This document shows positions 9,199 to 19,937 of a stretch of 64,000 nucleotides of DNA, in pieces. The stretch covers positions 480,001-544,000 of the forward strand of contig OZ252244.1 of assembly GCA_965249575.1 (NCBI GenBank), written 5' to 3'. The stretch comes from Gemmatimonadales bacterium. GTDB lineage: Bacteria > Gemmatimonadota > Gemmatimonadetes > Gemmatimonadales > GWC2-71-9. Under the pieces are notes generated by a model that was not told the origin of the DNA, ran no database searches, and saw only the letters and a list, made by a program, of their open reading frames with translations. A program made the position numbers and the translations under genes. Each line of letters opens with the position of its first letter. Position 1 is the stretch's first letter.

Positions 9199-10095
9199 AG
9201 TTGGAGCCGCTCGGCCTTCCTGCGCACAGCCTGCCCATCGAGCGCGTAGAGTCGATTCGTGTTGCCGTCCAAACGCCGCGGTTCTTTAGTGAAGACGCCC
9301 AGGCTTTTGAGCCGCATGCCGAGCTTCTGAGGGGTCCACTTGTCGAAATCGGCAGCCTGGTCCAGCTCCTCGTCCCCGCCCACGCCAAGCCGTTTGAGCA
9401 GCTCGGCTCTCGTCACCTCAGCGACCTCGCGCTCACCGACGACATCCAGGAGCACGCTAAGCAGCTCAGCCTTGTCCTCTGGCAGCTCAGCCTTCGTCGA
9501 TGCCTGCGAGCGCTCGTAGTACTTGCAAGCGGCCGCGCGATCGGGCTCCGGCACGTCGAGCGCTTCCATCATGACCTCGATCGGCAGCCACAGTTCGCGC
9601 TGCCGACCGCGGAGGTTTGCTAGGCCGTGCCAATGCGGATCGACGAACGGCGGGAGCCCGCGGAGCTTCCAGAAGTCGAGCAACGTCCAGCGATAGGAGT
9701 CGGCTCGGATCTGAGCGAACCGTTCGTCATCGAACTCCACCGGCGGCAGCGTTTTCGCGCTGGGCGACGTGGTGACGAGGAGCGGGCGGTCGGCAAGGTC
9801 GTGCGGCAGGGGCTGAGTGCCCGCGAACGCCTTCGGACCGAACGTGTCGAACTCCTGCGGCTGCCCGCGCTTGTCCATGTTGGTGATGCTACGGCGCGCC
9901 CCCGCACGATACGAGTCCGTGCACAAGTCAACGTGCGCCTGCTTCAAGTTGTCAGCCTGGTCGAAGAGTAGCGTAATGCGCTTCGACTCGATGAGGTCGC
10001 CAATGGCCGCCGCGGTCGTCTGCGACTTGTAACCGAGGTGTGCGAGCTGCTGCATGAGGTCGAGCGCCTGCGACTTGCCTGAGCCCTTCGGTCCC
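9189..10095 (-). pseudogene. DUF3631-type Rep/primase-helicase, 5'-truncated
   Basis: GPKGSGKS, TLLFDQAD, 'FDTFGPKAFAG', 'GRQRELWLP' and wHTH-like tail; begins abruptly at Walker A. Confidence 0.75.
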
Positions 10096-11448
10096 GGTGG
10101 AGCAACATGGAGCGCATCAGGCGAGATCGTGTATTCGTCCGCTGGAGACCTGAGGCACGTTTCCGGCGCTGGCGGCGATTGCTCGCCCTTGTACGCCGAC
10201 ACGAGCGCAGTCGATTTCCGTCGGCCCACGTTCCTTCCCGATGGCAACCATTTTCTATTTACGCGGGCAGGCCAGTTTGACAGCGTGTTCCAAAACTCCG
10301 TCATGCTCGGCAGTCTGGACCGAGACACGCTCCGAATCGTCGAGTCCGTGGTACGCGATCCTGAGTTCCATCCCCCAGCGACCGTGTTCTACGGTCTCGA
10401 CGAAAAGCAAACAACTCCCGTGAATCAAATCCTCGTGGCCGAAATGGATATGCAAGCGTTCACGGTCGCCGCCGAACCGGATGTGGTCGGGTCTGTCATC
10501 CTCGCCAGTGCCGGCTTTCTGTCCTATACCGTCTCCCACAACGGGACGTTTGCATACCTGACCGGCCACCTCAACCCTCCGCCCCTCGAGTTGGATCGCA
10601 CGGGCCAGCAGGTTGCGGACCTCCGTGATCAACCCCAAGGCGTCTGGAGTTGGAATGTCGGTACGGTACTTTCGCGGCTCTTCCTGGCCAGCGAGGACCG
10701 CGGACTCTTTCTGTACGACTGGGAGGCTGGCGCCGCCCCCGAACCGCTCGGTATACAAGGCCTGTTTCCCGTCGCTGGCCCCGGAGATACCCTGGTGGCA
10801 TTTCAAGATTACAACGTGGGGTCGCGGGGCGTGTGCAGCGTTGGGGTTGCCAACGTCAATCGGAGACGGGTCGACACGATTTTTTCGGGACCCCCGTGCC
10901 TGTATCCCACCGATTGGTCTCCCGATGGCGATGAGTTGCTGTTATCGGACCAACTCCCGTGGCTTCCCGTGGGCGACCAACCTCCCGCCATTTGGACGTA
11001 CTCCTTGGCCGATGACTCACTGCGGCCGACGGTGCGAGACCCTCGAGCCACGGCATACCACGGTACGTATTCGCCCGACGGCCAGTGGATAGCTTTCAGC
11101 AGCGACCGAACCGGACGCTGTGAGGTGTACATCCAGCGGCGCGATGGACCGTCCGGCCCGCAGCCGCCGGTTTCTCGGAATGGCGGCACGTGGCCCCGGT
11201 GGCGAAGCGACAGTCGCCAACTCTATTTCATCGGCCCTGCCGGTCAGGTATACGGCGCCCAGATTCCGCCGCGAGGACCGACCGACAATCCACCCCAACG
11301 CTTGTTCTCACTTCAACACTGGACGGGGATGGGGTACCAAGAGATCGGCACGCTGTTCGATGTCGCACCGGACGGCGATCGATTTTTCGTGTCGCGCAGA
11401 TCGATCGACCCGACCTATCTGGTGGTGATCCAGAACGGCACGAACTAA
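10096..11448 (+). pseudogene. TolB/WD40 beta-propeller sensor part of a kinase-sensor gene, 5'-truncated
   Basis: PTFLPDG, DWSPDG, YSPDGQWIAFSSDRTG, FDVAPDGDRF, VVIQN; similar architecture to the C-terminus of 46715..49378. Confidence 0.8.
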
Positions 11449-11527
11449 CGAGTACTCGCGCACGTTCGTACCAAGCACATCCCACTCAAAGGGCGAAGCT
11501 CTTGGATGTTTGGTATGACGCCTCGCA

Positions 11528-11556
11528 GGCGCAAGCCCTCGGGGTTCGAATCCCCG
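11528..11556 (+). other. degenerate att copy of the tRNA-Ser variable arm/T arm
   Basis: GGCGCAAGCCC-TCGGGGTTCGAATCCCCG vs tRNA GGCGCAAGCCCATCGGGGTTCGACTCCCCG. Confidence 0.75.
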
Positions 11557-11697
11557 CGCCGCTCGGGTCGCCGCCTGAGGGCGGCTGTTCGAGGACATCT
11601 ATTACACTCCCAGTTCCAGTACACCAAGTACTCGACGTCGATCCTCGGAGCGGGCGGTTCCTCATGATGAACTTGAAAACCGCCGGACATCGAGCAC

Positions 11698-12906
11698 TCA
11701 AAAGAACCAGCTCACCGATCCATATGCCGTGGCCGGCACGACTCCGAACCCCGAGGGAACGGCGACCGCACTCGTGGTTTGCCCGGAGCCGATGCCGAGG
11801 AATGCACCCGCCCGCGCAGTGGTCTCGTTGGACAGCGAATACGAGAGCGACGGCACGACGAGCGCGCTCCGGTCGTTGAGGTTCCAGATCGCGAGCAACC
11901 CCGCGGACCACAACGGGTGCAGCTGATACGTCCCTTGGGCAACAGTCGCCTCCCGGCCGACGACCTGGAGCTCTCCCCGTCCAAAGGGTTCGGAAAGCAG
12001 GACCCGTCTGATGTCCGCGGCGCTCGAGGCCCCGAAGTCGTCATGCTGGTACTCCATCGCCACGCGGAGGTCACGGTCCGCAAGAGTGAACCGAGTGTCG
12101 ATCCCGACGACTCCGCGCAGTGCGACCCCACTCCCTTGGTCGTCTGCGCGAACGGAGGTCTCGACCCGCAGCGCGACCTGTCCAATGCCACCAGTCCCAC
12201 CCATCCCGAACGCGGCGTCCTCGTGTAGCGCCCCCGCCCAGGCCGACACTTCCCATCCGCTCACGACCCCCCTGACCCGTCCCAAGGCCGTCACGAGGTC
12301 ACCACCAGGTGTATCGGAGCCCCGGAGCACCAGGTCGACGTCGGCGAGCGGTCCGGGAAAAAACTGTACGCGAACGGCGTCCACGCCCGCGCGGAACTCG
12401 CGAAACGGATCGGCGGGATCGAACGGAACGAACGGATCGGCGGGTGTGAGCAGGAGAGTGGTCGCCCACGAGATGGTTTGGCGCCCCACGGTGACCTCCA
12501 CCGCCTCGGACGGGGAGTAGGAAATGCTCAGCCGGTCGAGCCGGTGCCGCCACAGCACATGATCCCCCTCCGCGATGGTCCAATCGAGATCCAGGAGCCC
12601 GCCGCCCGCCGGAGCCATCGCGGTACCCAGGCCTCCGGAGCCCGCGTTCCTCCTCTGGCTAAATGAGACGAACTGCTCGTATGCAATATCCAGGGAGACC
12701 TTGTCGCGCACGGGACTCATCATGAGCCGGACCCGTTGCAGGTCTCCGAGCCCGCCCGGGTTGAACGGAGTCGCTTCGGACCAGAGGGGAACGTTGAGGT
12801 AGTACCCGCGTGCACCCGCCGGGAGCTGCGCTGGAGCGAAGGTGGGAATCGCCAGCAGACCGAGCACGAGAGCGAGTGTGAGTGTCCGGGACTTCGAACA
12901 CGTCAC
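11698..12906 (-). CDS. outer-membrane beta-barrel-like protein of the ABC export cluster
   Basis: Signal peptide, 'GRQTISW', 'GVDAVR', C-terminal 'SWFF'. Confidence 0.75.
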   Translation of the reverse strand: MTCSKSRTLTLALVLGLLAIPTFAPAQLPAGARGYYLNVPLWSEATPFNPGGLGDLQRVRLMMSPVRDKVSLDIAYEQFVSFSQRRNAGSGGLGTAMAPAGGGLLDLDWTIAEGDHVLWRHRLDRLSISYSPSEAVEVTVGRQTISWATTLLLTPADPFVPFDPADPFREFRAGVDAVRVQFFPGPLADVDLVLRGSDTPGGDLVTALGRVRGVVSGWEVSAWAGALHEDAAFGMGGTGGIGQVALRVETSVRADDQGSGVALRGVVGIDTRFTLADRDLRVAMEYQHDDFGASSAADIRRVLLSEPFGRGELQVVGREATVAQGTYQLHPLWSAGLLAIWNLNDRSALVVPSLSYSLSNETTARAGAFLGIGSGQTTSAVAVPSGFGVVPATAYGSVSWFF

Positions 12907-13631
12907 CGTTCGGGCTCGGGGCTCCGCCGTTCGTCCGATTCCACGGCACCGTCGACCAGATGGATCAGGCGACGGGCCCGCTCCATGACCCGCGGATCGT
13001 GCGTGGCGAAAACGAACGTGGTCCCCAGCTCGCGATTGAGCTCCTCCATCATGTCGAGCAGCGACTCACTCGCGCGGGAATCCAGATTCGCCGTTGGCTC
13101 GTCCGCCAGCACGAGGGCCGGCTGAGACGCCACGGCGCGAATCACCGCAACCCGCTGCTGCTGCCCTCCGGAGAGCTTGCCCGGACGCCGGTCTTCCAGT
13201 CCCGCGATGCCGGTGCGCTCGAACAACTGGTGGACGCGTCGCCGGCGCTCTCCCTCCTCGACGCCGAGGAGCAACAGCGGGAATTCGGCGTTCTCGAGTG
13301 CCGTGAGCACCGGCAAGAGGTTGTATGCCTGGAAAACGAATCCGATGCGCTCCAGTCGCATGCGTGCTAGCTCGCGGTTGGACTTCCCCGCGAGGTCCTC
13401 ACCCGCTACCCACACTCGCCCTCGAGTGGCGCGGGACAGTCCGCCGATCAAGTTGAGAAGCGTCGTCTTGCCCGAGCCTGACGGCCCCGCCATCGCCACG
13501 AACTCGCCGCGCTCGATTCTCGTCGTCACCCCCTGCACCGCCGGGACCTCCTCGGGCCCCTGCTCGAAGACCTTCCAGACGCCGTCCGTCCGGACCGCCG
13601 GAATGGGATGGTCGTCCACCGGAGTGCTCAT
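12903..13631 (-). CDS. ABC transporter ATP-binding protein (LolD/MacB-like)
   Basis: GPSGSGKT, LSGGQQQR, LADEPT, ATHD. Confidence 0.95.
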   Translation of the reverse strand: MSTPVDDHPIPAVRTDGVWKVFEQGPEEVPAVQGVTTRIERGEFVAMAGPSGSGKTTLLNLIGGLSRATRGRVWVAGEDLAGKSNRELARMRLERIGFVFQAYNLLPVLTALENAEFPLLLLGVEEGERRRRVHQLFERTGIAGLEDRRPGKLSGGQQQRVAVIRAVASQPALVLADEPTANLDSRASESLLDMMEELNRELGTTFVFATHDPRVMERARRLIHLVDGAVESDERRSPEPER

Positions 13632-14905
13632 CGCTCGAACTTCATGGCCTCGGCCACGTCGATCTGTGTTGCGCGCCACGCGGGATACAGCGATGCCAGG
13701 GTACCGATGATCAGAATGAAAACGAATCCCTGCGTGACGCGCGCGGTGCGGAAGAGGGGCACCATGACCGGGTCCATCACGACTCCCGAGAAGGTCCACT
13801 CGCCCTGCATCAGGCCGGAAATGTCCATCCCGTCGTGCCAGAGCAGCCACGTGATGCCCAGCCCGAGCAGGATGCCGACGAAACCGCTGACGACGGTGAG
13901 GATGACGCCCTCGACCATGACGAGCCCGCCGGCCTGGCCCGGCGTGAACCCGAGTGCCTGCAGCACGCCGAACTCCCGATGCCGGTGCAACACCGACATG
14001 AGCACCGTGTTCACGATGGCGAGAGCGATGATGCCGAACATGATACCCTGGAACAAGTAGTTCCCCAGATCGTCCACTTTCACCGCCGCGTCGAGCTCCG
14101 GCATCGCCTCCCGCCACGGCAACGAGATAAGGCTTCCGAGCTCCATTTCAGCCGCAAGCTCCCGACTCAAGGCTCGGTGCACGTGCGGCACGGCTCGACT
14201 CCGGTCGAGCAGCACGGCAATCGAGGTGACGTCGTCCGCAGCGCCGAGCCACGACCCCGCCGTGCGTAGCGGAATGTGAATCACGGATTCATCCACTTCG
14301 GGTATGCCGCTCTTGAAGATGCCGGCCACCCGAACGAGCTGTCCGGCGATCTCTCCGGATGCGTCCTGCGCGGTAAGAACAAAGCGGGAGCCGATCCTGA
14401 GGCGGAGCCCTTCGGCGAGGCCTGCACCGATGTACGCCCTGAGACGATCGCCACTCTCGAGATAGCGCCCATCCATGAGCCGGTCGTCGAGAATCGAAAA
14501 GCCGGCCTCCGCCACGGGATCGACTCCGACAATCTGCGCGGGCCGAGCCCCGTTGGCCGAGCTCGCGAGCCCCGTGGTGGCGAGCCTCGGGACGATGGCC
14601 GTGACATGCTCGGCGATCCCGGGAGTCCCAAGCGCGGCCTCCGCTGCTCGGCGCGCTCCCGTGGAAAGCCGGTGTTCGATCCTGCGACTCGCCTGGTAGC
14701 CCCGCGCCTGGAGGGCGACATGTCCGCTCCCCATCCGCACACCGGACTCGATCCAGTCCTCGTGGGTTCCGTCAGAAAGGGAGACCGAGAAAATGAGGAG
14801 CGCACCCCCGACGATCATCGCCGCGGCGGTGAGCGCGCTTCGACGTGCCTGTCGCCGGAGGTTGCGCACCGCGAGACGTGCCATGAGAACCGCGCGAATC
14901 GTCAT
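13628..14905 (-). CDS. ABC transporter permease (FtsX/LolE-like)
   Basis: 'RNLRRQARRS', 'REFGVLQALG', 'SLYPAWRA'. Confidence 0.92.
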   Translation of the reverse strand: MTIRAVLMARLAVRNLRRQARRSALTAAAMIVGGALLIFSVSLSDGTHEDWIESGVRMGSGHVALQARGYQASRRIEHRLSTGARRAAEAALGTPGIAEHVTAIVPRLATTGLASSANGARPAQIVGVDPVAEAGFSILDDRLMDGRYLESGDRLRAYIGAGLAEGLRLRIGSRFVLTAQDASGEIAGQLVRVAGIFKSGIPEVDESVIHIPLRTAGSWLGAADDVTSIAVLLDRSRAVPHVHRALSRELAAEMELGSLISLPWREAMPELDAAVKVDDLGNYLFQGIMFGIIALAIVNTVLMSVLHRHREFGVLQALGFTPGQAGGLVMVEGVILTVVSGFVGILLGLGITWLLWHDGMDISGLMQGEWTFSGVVMDPVMVPLFRTARVTQGFVFILIIGTLASLYPAWRATQIDVAEAMKFER

Positions 14906-16176
14906 TCGCCCGCCAGCGTATCGGCCGGGGGTACGCGCGCCGCGCGCACCGCCGGATACAGGGAAGCCAAGAGAGCGGTCAGGACCAACGCACCACCCGC
15001 CCAGAACGCAGCCGCCACATCGTACTCTACCCGCAGGACGGGGCGCACCAGGGCACCAAACATCGTGAAGTCGCCGTACAGCCAGCCGACGTCGAGGGGC
15101 ACGTTGTGCCACCACACGAGCACGGGGACGGTGATCACCACGCCGGCCAACAGGCTGATGATCCCGAGCGCAAGCGCCTCATACAGCACGGTTCGCACGA
15201 CGGTTCCGGGCGTCGCGCCGAGCGCCATGATCACGGCGAACTCCCGCCGGCGCTCGTAGGTGGCGAGCAGCATCGTGTTGGCCACGCCGAAGATGGCAAT
15301 GCCAAACACGATGCCGATGACGATCAGGTTCCACGCCTCGACGAGCCGGGCATAGTCCATCATCTCGGGGCGGAGGCGGGTCCACGGCTCGATCTCGATC
15401 TCCAGGCCGAGAGGGCGGAGCGCCACCGCGATCCGCGCGGCCGCTGACGGCGCCAGCCATGGATCGGTAGTGGACACGGCGATCTCGTGGATCCGCTCGG
15501 GCGGGAGGGCAACGAGGAACTGCAGCGACCCGATTGGCAGTAACGCGAATGACGCATCCAGCTCGGCCATGCCGGTTCGATATATGCCGGACACTGTGTA
15601 GAGATCGTTTCCCATCGAGCCGTCCGCGGCTGGCGCGACCACCACGACCTCGTCGCCGACGGCGGCGTCGAGCTGCCGCGCCACCTCCGCCCCGATCATG
15701 ATCTCGTTCGCCGCTCGCTTGGGCGCACCTCCCCGCACCAAGCCGCGCATGAAGCGACTCACCCGGGGTTCCCGCTCGAGGTCCACACCCATGAGCATGA
15801 CGGCCGTCGTGGCGTCACCGGAGCTCACCAGGCCGCCGGCATACACCCGAGGGGTCACGGCGGCGATCGCGGCGTCCGCCGAGATCTCCCGCAGCACGTA
15901 CTCGATGTCGGCCCCTTCGCGGCCCCCAATCGTCTCGTAGATGCTCCGTTCGGGGCGGTACTCCAGAGCGTGTATCTGGAGCTGCCCGGTGAGGATGCCC
16001 GTCCCGTTGTCGATCATTTCGGCAGCGAGCCCCGCCATGAGCCCGATGACCAGCACCACGGCGAAATACCCAAAGGCGAGCCCCGCCGCGGTGATGATCG
16101 TACGTCGTCGATGTCGGCCGAGATTCCGCCAGCCAATGCGCTGCCATGGGGAGCCGACGAAACGGGAACGCCCCAC
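14902..16176 (-). CDS. ABC transporter permease (FtsX/LolE-like)
   Basis: 'WRNLGRHRRRT', 'ERRREFAVIMALG', 'SLYPAVRAA'. Confidence 0.92.
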   Translation of the reverse strand: MGRSRFVGSPWQRIGWRNLGRHRRRTIITAAGLAFGYFAVVLVIGLMAGLAAEMIDNGTGILTGQLQIHALEYRPERSIYETIGGREGADIEYVLREISADAAIAAVTPRVYAGGLVSSGDATTAVMLMGVDLEREPRVSRFMRGLVRGGAPKRAANEIMIGAEVARQLDAAVGDEVVVVAPAADGSMGNDLYTVSGIYRTGMAELDASFALLPIGSLQFLVALPPERIHEIAVSTTDPWLAPSAAARIAVALRPLGLEIEIEPWTRLRPEMMDYARLVEAWNLIVIGIVFGIAIFGVANTMLLATYERRREFAVIMALGATPGTVVRTVLYEALALGIISLLAGVVITVPVLVWWHNVPLDVGWLYGDFTMFGALVRPVLRVEYDVAAAFWAGGALVLTALLASLYPAVRAARVPPADTLAGE

Positions 16177-16185
16177 GTCGCGAGC

Positions 16186-16963
16186 CTACCGGCCGGTTCT
16201 CAGCGCGCGGAGGGAGAACGCCGACTGCCCGATCTCGATGTCGAACTCGAGCTCCTGGTACCGGACGACCGTCCGCTCACCCGGCTCGTCATCGGGGATC
16301 ACCTCCGTGAGCATGGGAACCAGTCGCCCCCCGGTGACGCGGTAATCACCGAACGTGACGGTCCGCACCCTCGCGCCGTCCTCGTCAAAGTAGTACGCCC
16401 AAGTCGGCATCAGATCGGCTTTCCTCACCTGGTAGTCGATGCGATCCCACACTACCGCTGCCTCCGGTTTCGGGCTGAGCCGGAACTCCCATACCTCTAC
16501 TCCGTCCCGATCGCCTTCGTAGCCGGTGTCAATGTCGTAGTCATCGATGAGCCGGCTCTCCTTCACCCAGTCATCATTGGTGAAATGGGAGCCCATCCAG
16601 GCTCCCATCATGAGTGATGCCGGGACCTTGATGGCTCGGTCCACCCTGGGGAGGTAGTTCCAGATGTTCTCGCCCGCCTTGAGGGTCGCGGTGCCGGCGT
16701 CTTTTCCGGGGAGCGGTGACACGCACCAGCGCGTGCTCCGTACCGAGCGACCAGATCTCGAGTGTGAAGCTCCGTTCCCAGTGCTCGGTCACCACTTCCA
16801 TGGTTGCCACCCCATGACTCGACTCCCCGCGAAGGAGCTGATCGACGCGATCGATGATTTCCCGCGGAGACTGCTGCGCGAGGGCAGGGGCCGGCGCCAG
16901 GAAGGGCAGGCTGAGGCCGGTGGCCCATCCCCACCGTCGAGCGCGGCACGCCTGTCGGATCAC
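16186..16963 (-). CDS. outer membrane lipoprotein-sorting (LolA-like) protein; frameshift near 16710
   Basis: N-half 'IDRVDQLLRGESS' and C-half 'IWNYLPRVDR...WMGSHFTNDD' lie in different frames. Confidence 0.85.
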
Positions 16964-17060
16964 GGCACCCCCTTTCGGTCCGCATCGTTTGGTATGGCCG
17001 AATTGCAGGATACGATGCTAAAGAACGTCTCGGGTTCAAGATAACGGGTCTTAAGGTGGG

Positions 17061-17125
17061 GCAGTGCCGGTGCTCCAACCGCTGCATGGATCGGGTAGAG
17101 GGAACCCAAGCCAAGACGCACAGTC
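17061..17125 (-). pseudogene. PadR-family HTH remnant
   Basis: Reads VRLGLGSLYP/SMQRLEHRH across a 1-nt shift, resembling PadR GSLYPxLxRLE. Confidence 0.35.
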
Positions 17126-17287
17126 AGCGCAGTCTTGCCAGGGCTGGATCATGAACGGATCTTCACGGCTCGCTCCAATGCGCTACAGGATCGTGTGGGT
17201 AGTCTGAGGAGAGCGACGGCGTCCCATCGAGTGCCGGGACTGGTTCTCGCGATAGGTCGCTACCACTACAGGATTAGGAGTTTGGAC

Positions 17288-18219
17288 ATGGCGACCTGGA
17301 AGCCAATAGTCGTTGGCGTAGACGGATCCGACGAGAGCACATGGGCGGCTCTCCTCGGTGCTACCATCGCTGAGAAGGCAAAGACCGACTGCCACCTCGT
17401 CTACGGAACGCACGAGGTATCGGCGATCCCGGTCACGCTGCCTTCTCCCATGGCTCCTGTGGACATCCAAGCCCTCAGCGAGAAGCTGACCGCGGGCGCC
17501 AGAAAGCACCTCGAGGACGCGCTCCGGGGTCACGTAACCGCAGCCGCCCTGGAGACCCTCCAGGTCGGGTCGGCAATCCGGCGTGGGTGCTCAGGAATGC
17601 GGCGCGCGATCTGGATGCGGGCCTGATCGTGCTTGGCGGAAGGCACCACAAGGCGCCCGCGCGGTGGTTCGGGGGCAGCACGGTCCACCACGCCATCCGC
17701 ATCATCGACATCCCGGTTTTGGTGACCACGTCTCCGCAAAAAACCGCCGGGCGGGTGCTTGCGGCCGTCGATCTTTCCTATGCCTCGGCGCCTACACTCG
17801 AAATGGCGGCGCGCATGGCGAAGCTATTCGGTGCGGCGCTCAAGGTCCTTCACGTCGTAGAGCCCCTCCCGTTCTTGCCGGATCCGACGCTCCAGATCGA
17901 CGCCGCGGAGTATGCCCGCGTGACCGAACAGGAATTCAACGGTCTGGCGTCTGGCGTCCTGAAGAAGCAGAAGGCGGAGCGGGAAGTCGTCCAGGGTCGA
18001 GCAACCGACCTCATCGAGCAAGTGGCAGCCGACTGGAAAGCCGACGTGGTGGTGGTCGGGTCGCACGGCAAGGGCTGGGTCGATCGCGTGCTCCTCGGCA
18101 GCGCAACGCAACGGCTACTCAATCACCTGCCGGCCTCTCTGCTCGTGGTGCCCGTCCGGGCCCCGAAAGGCGGAAGCACGACGCTGGCGCTGAGCGGGGA
18201 GTCCACGAAGACGAAATAG
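17288..18219 (+). CDS. tandem universal stress protein; frameshift near 17565
   Basis: IVVGVDGS, GSTVHHAI, VLAAVDLS, VVGSHG...LLGSAT. Confidence 0.9.
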
Positions 18220-18368
18220 CAGAAATCCCTCCAGAGTGCATGCACACGCCGAGGTGATCTCGGTGGCATTCGTCCCGGCCCCCATATATCTTGCGCCCTC
18301 AGCCGTCGGCCGTTGGCTCGCTCGCAACGGCACCCGCCGGGTCGAACTCGCCGGGCTGCGGCGTTTCT

Positions 18369-18458
18369 GGAGAGGTGGCCGAGTGGCTGAAGGCGGCGGT
18401 TTGCTAAACCGTTATAGGGTCAAAAGCCCTATCGAGGGTTCGAATCCCTCCCTCTCCG
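18369..18458 (+). tRNA. tRNA-Ser(GCT)
   Basis: GGAGAGG/CCTCTCC acceptor stem, TTGCTAA anticodon loop, long variable arm, GGTTCGAATCC. Confidence 0.97.
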
Positions 18459-18543
18459 TTAGTTGTTCCTCCGTCGTCCGTTTCCAGCATCTCGACCGCG
18501 ACCATCGATCTAGCACCCGGGCTTTCGCCTCGGGGGCGCGCCG

Positions 18544-18572
18544 TTGCGCGGTTGGAGTCGCCGGTCTATCGT
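18544..18572 (+). promoter_or_regulatory. sigma70-type promoter, probably leaderless gltX
   Basis: TTGCGC-N17-TATCGT, then 6 nt to ATG with no RBS. Confidence 0.6.
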
Positions 18573-18578
18573 CCGCGC

Positions 18579-19937
18579 ATGAGCTCGGCAAACCGCACCC
18601 GCGTCCGCTTCGCACCCTCACCGACGGGATACCTGCACGTCGGCGGCGCGCGCACCGCGCTGTTCAACTGGCTCTATGCGCGGAAAACGGGCGGCTCATT
18701 TCTGCTGCGGATCGAAGACACCGACCGGCAACGGTCTTCGGAGGAGCACACACGCATCATTCTCGACGGGCTGAGGTGGCTCGGGCTGGATTGGGACGAG
18801 GAGGTCGCGTTCCAGGGTGCACGCCTCGCACGTCACCAGGAAGCCGCCGACCGGCTCCTGTCTACCGACCATGCCTATAGCGATGACGGGGCGATTCGGT
18901 TTCGGGTACCGGCGGAGGAGCTAGCATGGGACGACGCCATCCACGGCCGGATTGCCTTCCACGGGAGTGACATCAGTGACTTGATCATCCTGCGCTCGGA
19001 CCGGACTCCTACATACAATTTCTCGGTCGTAGTGGACGACGTCGACATGGACGTGACACACGTGATCCGCGGCGACGATCACATCTCAAACACCCCGAAA
19101 CAGATCGCGATCTATCGGGCACTCGAGCAGGACCTTCCGACGTTCGGCCACGTCCCCATGATCCACGGCATGGACGGCAAGAAGTTGTCCAAGCGTCACG
19201 GCGCGACCGCTGTCGGGGACTATCAGAAGCTCGGGATTCTGCCGGACGCCCTACGCAATTTCCTGGCACTCCTGGGGTGGAGCCCCGGAAACGATCGCGA
19301 GCTGTTCGTCGACGCACTGGAGCTCATTAACGCGTTCGACCTGGACGGAGTCCAAAAGAAGAGCGCGATCTTCGACCACCGGAAGCTGGAGTGGATGAAC
19401 GGCCAGTACATCTCGCAGACTCCACCGGATGAGCTCCTACCGCTCGTGCAGGCCGTCTTCGAAGACCGTGAGCTGGACGAGTGGTCCGCCGAACACGCCG
19501 ACCGGGTACGGGAATGCATCGGCGTGCTGCGGAATCGCGCGCGCACGACTCTGGAGTTGGCGGATAGGATTCTCGTGCGCCTGAAAGACGCGCCCGCGGA
19601 GCCAGAGCCGAAGGCCGTGAAGTTCATCCACAAAGCGGGCGGCGATTTCGAGAAGGCTCGCCTGGCGGTTATCGAGCTGCTGAGGGGGCTCGAGGCCCAG
19701 AGCGTCACGCCCGACTCGCTGGACTCGGCTCTATCGGCGCTTGCGGAGTCGGTCGGCCTGTCCCGGTCTGCCGTTTACCAAACGGTGCGGATCGCGCTCA
19801 CCGGCGGCACGGTATCGGAGCCGGTGACCGATCTCGTGCCCCTCGTGGGAAGAGAAGAGTCGATTCGGCGGTTGGAGCGGTCGGGGAGTTGGGTCGAGGG
19901 GGTCGGCGAATCGAAGAATCGAGAGCCCGGGAACTAG
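18579..19937 (+). CDS. gltX: glutamate--tRNA ligase
   Basis: RFAPSPTGYLHVGG, LRIEDTD, KLSKR, anticodon-binding domain present. Confidence 0.97.
   Translation: MSSANRTRVRFAPSPTGYLHVGGARTALFNWLYARKTGGSFLLRIEDTDRQRSSEEHTRIILDGLRWLGLDWDEEVAFQGARLARHQEAADRLLSTDHAYSDDGAIRFRVPAEELAWDDAIHGRIAFHGSDISDLIILRSDRTPTYNFSVVVDDVDMDVTHVIRGDDHISNTPKQIAIYRALEQDLPTFGHVPMIHGMDGKKLSKRHGATAVGDYQKLGILPDALRNFLALLGWSPGNDRELFVDALELINAFDLDGVQKKSAIFDHRKLEWMNGQYISQTPPDELLPLVQAVFEDRELDEWSAEHADRVRECIGVLRNRARTTLELADRILVRLKDAPAEPEPKAVKFIHKAGGDFEKARLAVIELLRGLEAQSVTPDSLDSALSALAESVGLSRSAVYQTVRIALTGGTVSEPVTDLVPLVGREESIRRLERSGSWVEGVGESKNREPGN

Larger units (their letters stand above)
5946..11556. mobile_element. decayed tRNA-Ser-integrated element (phage-satellite-like)
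   Basis: Bounded by the tRNA 3' half and a degenerate copy at 11528-11556; contains Rep-like fragment, iteron blocks and accessory genes. Confidence 0.65.

Noticed and set aside
11610..11692. Additional kinase-TolB tail remnant (DVDPRSGRFLMM, resembling DIDPRSGRFLLL at ~46830)
   Set aside because: Probably a real remnant, but only about 12 codons match, so it was not listed as a feature.
16186..18219. Programmed frameshifting or true pseudogenes in the LolA-like and USP genes
   Set aside because: Isolated 1-nt shifts with no other decay and no clear slippery site; similar indels are scattered through the window, so sequencing error is more parsimonious.
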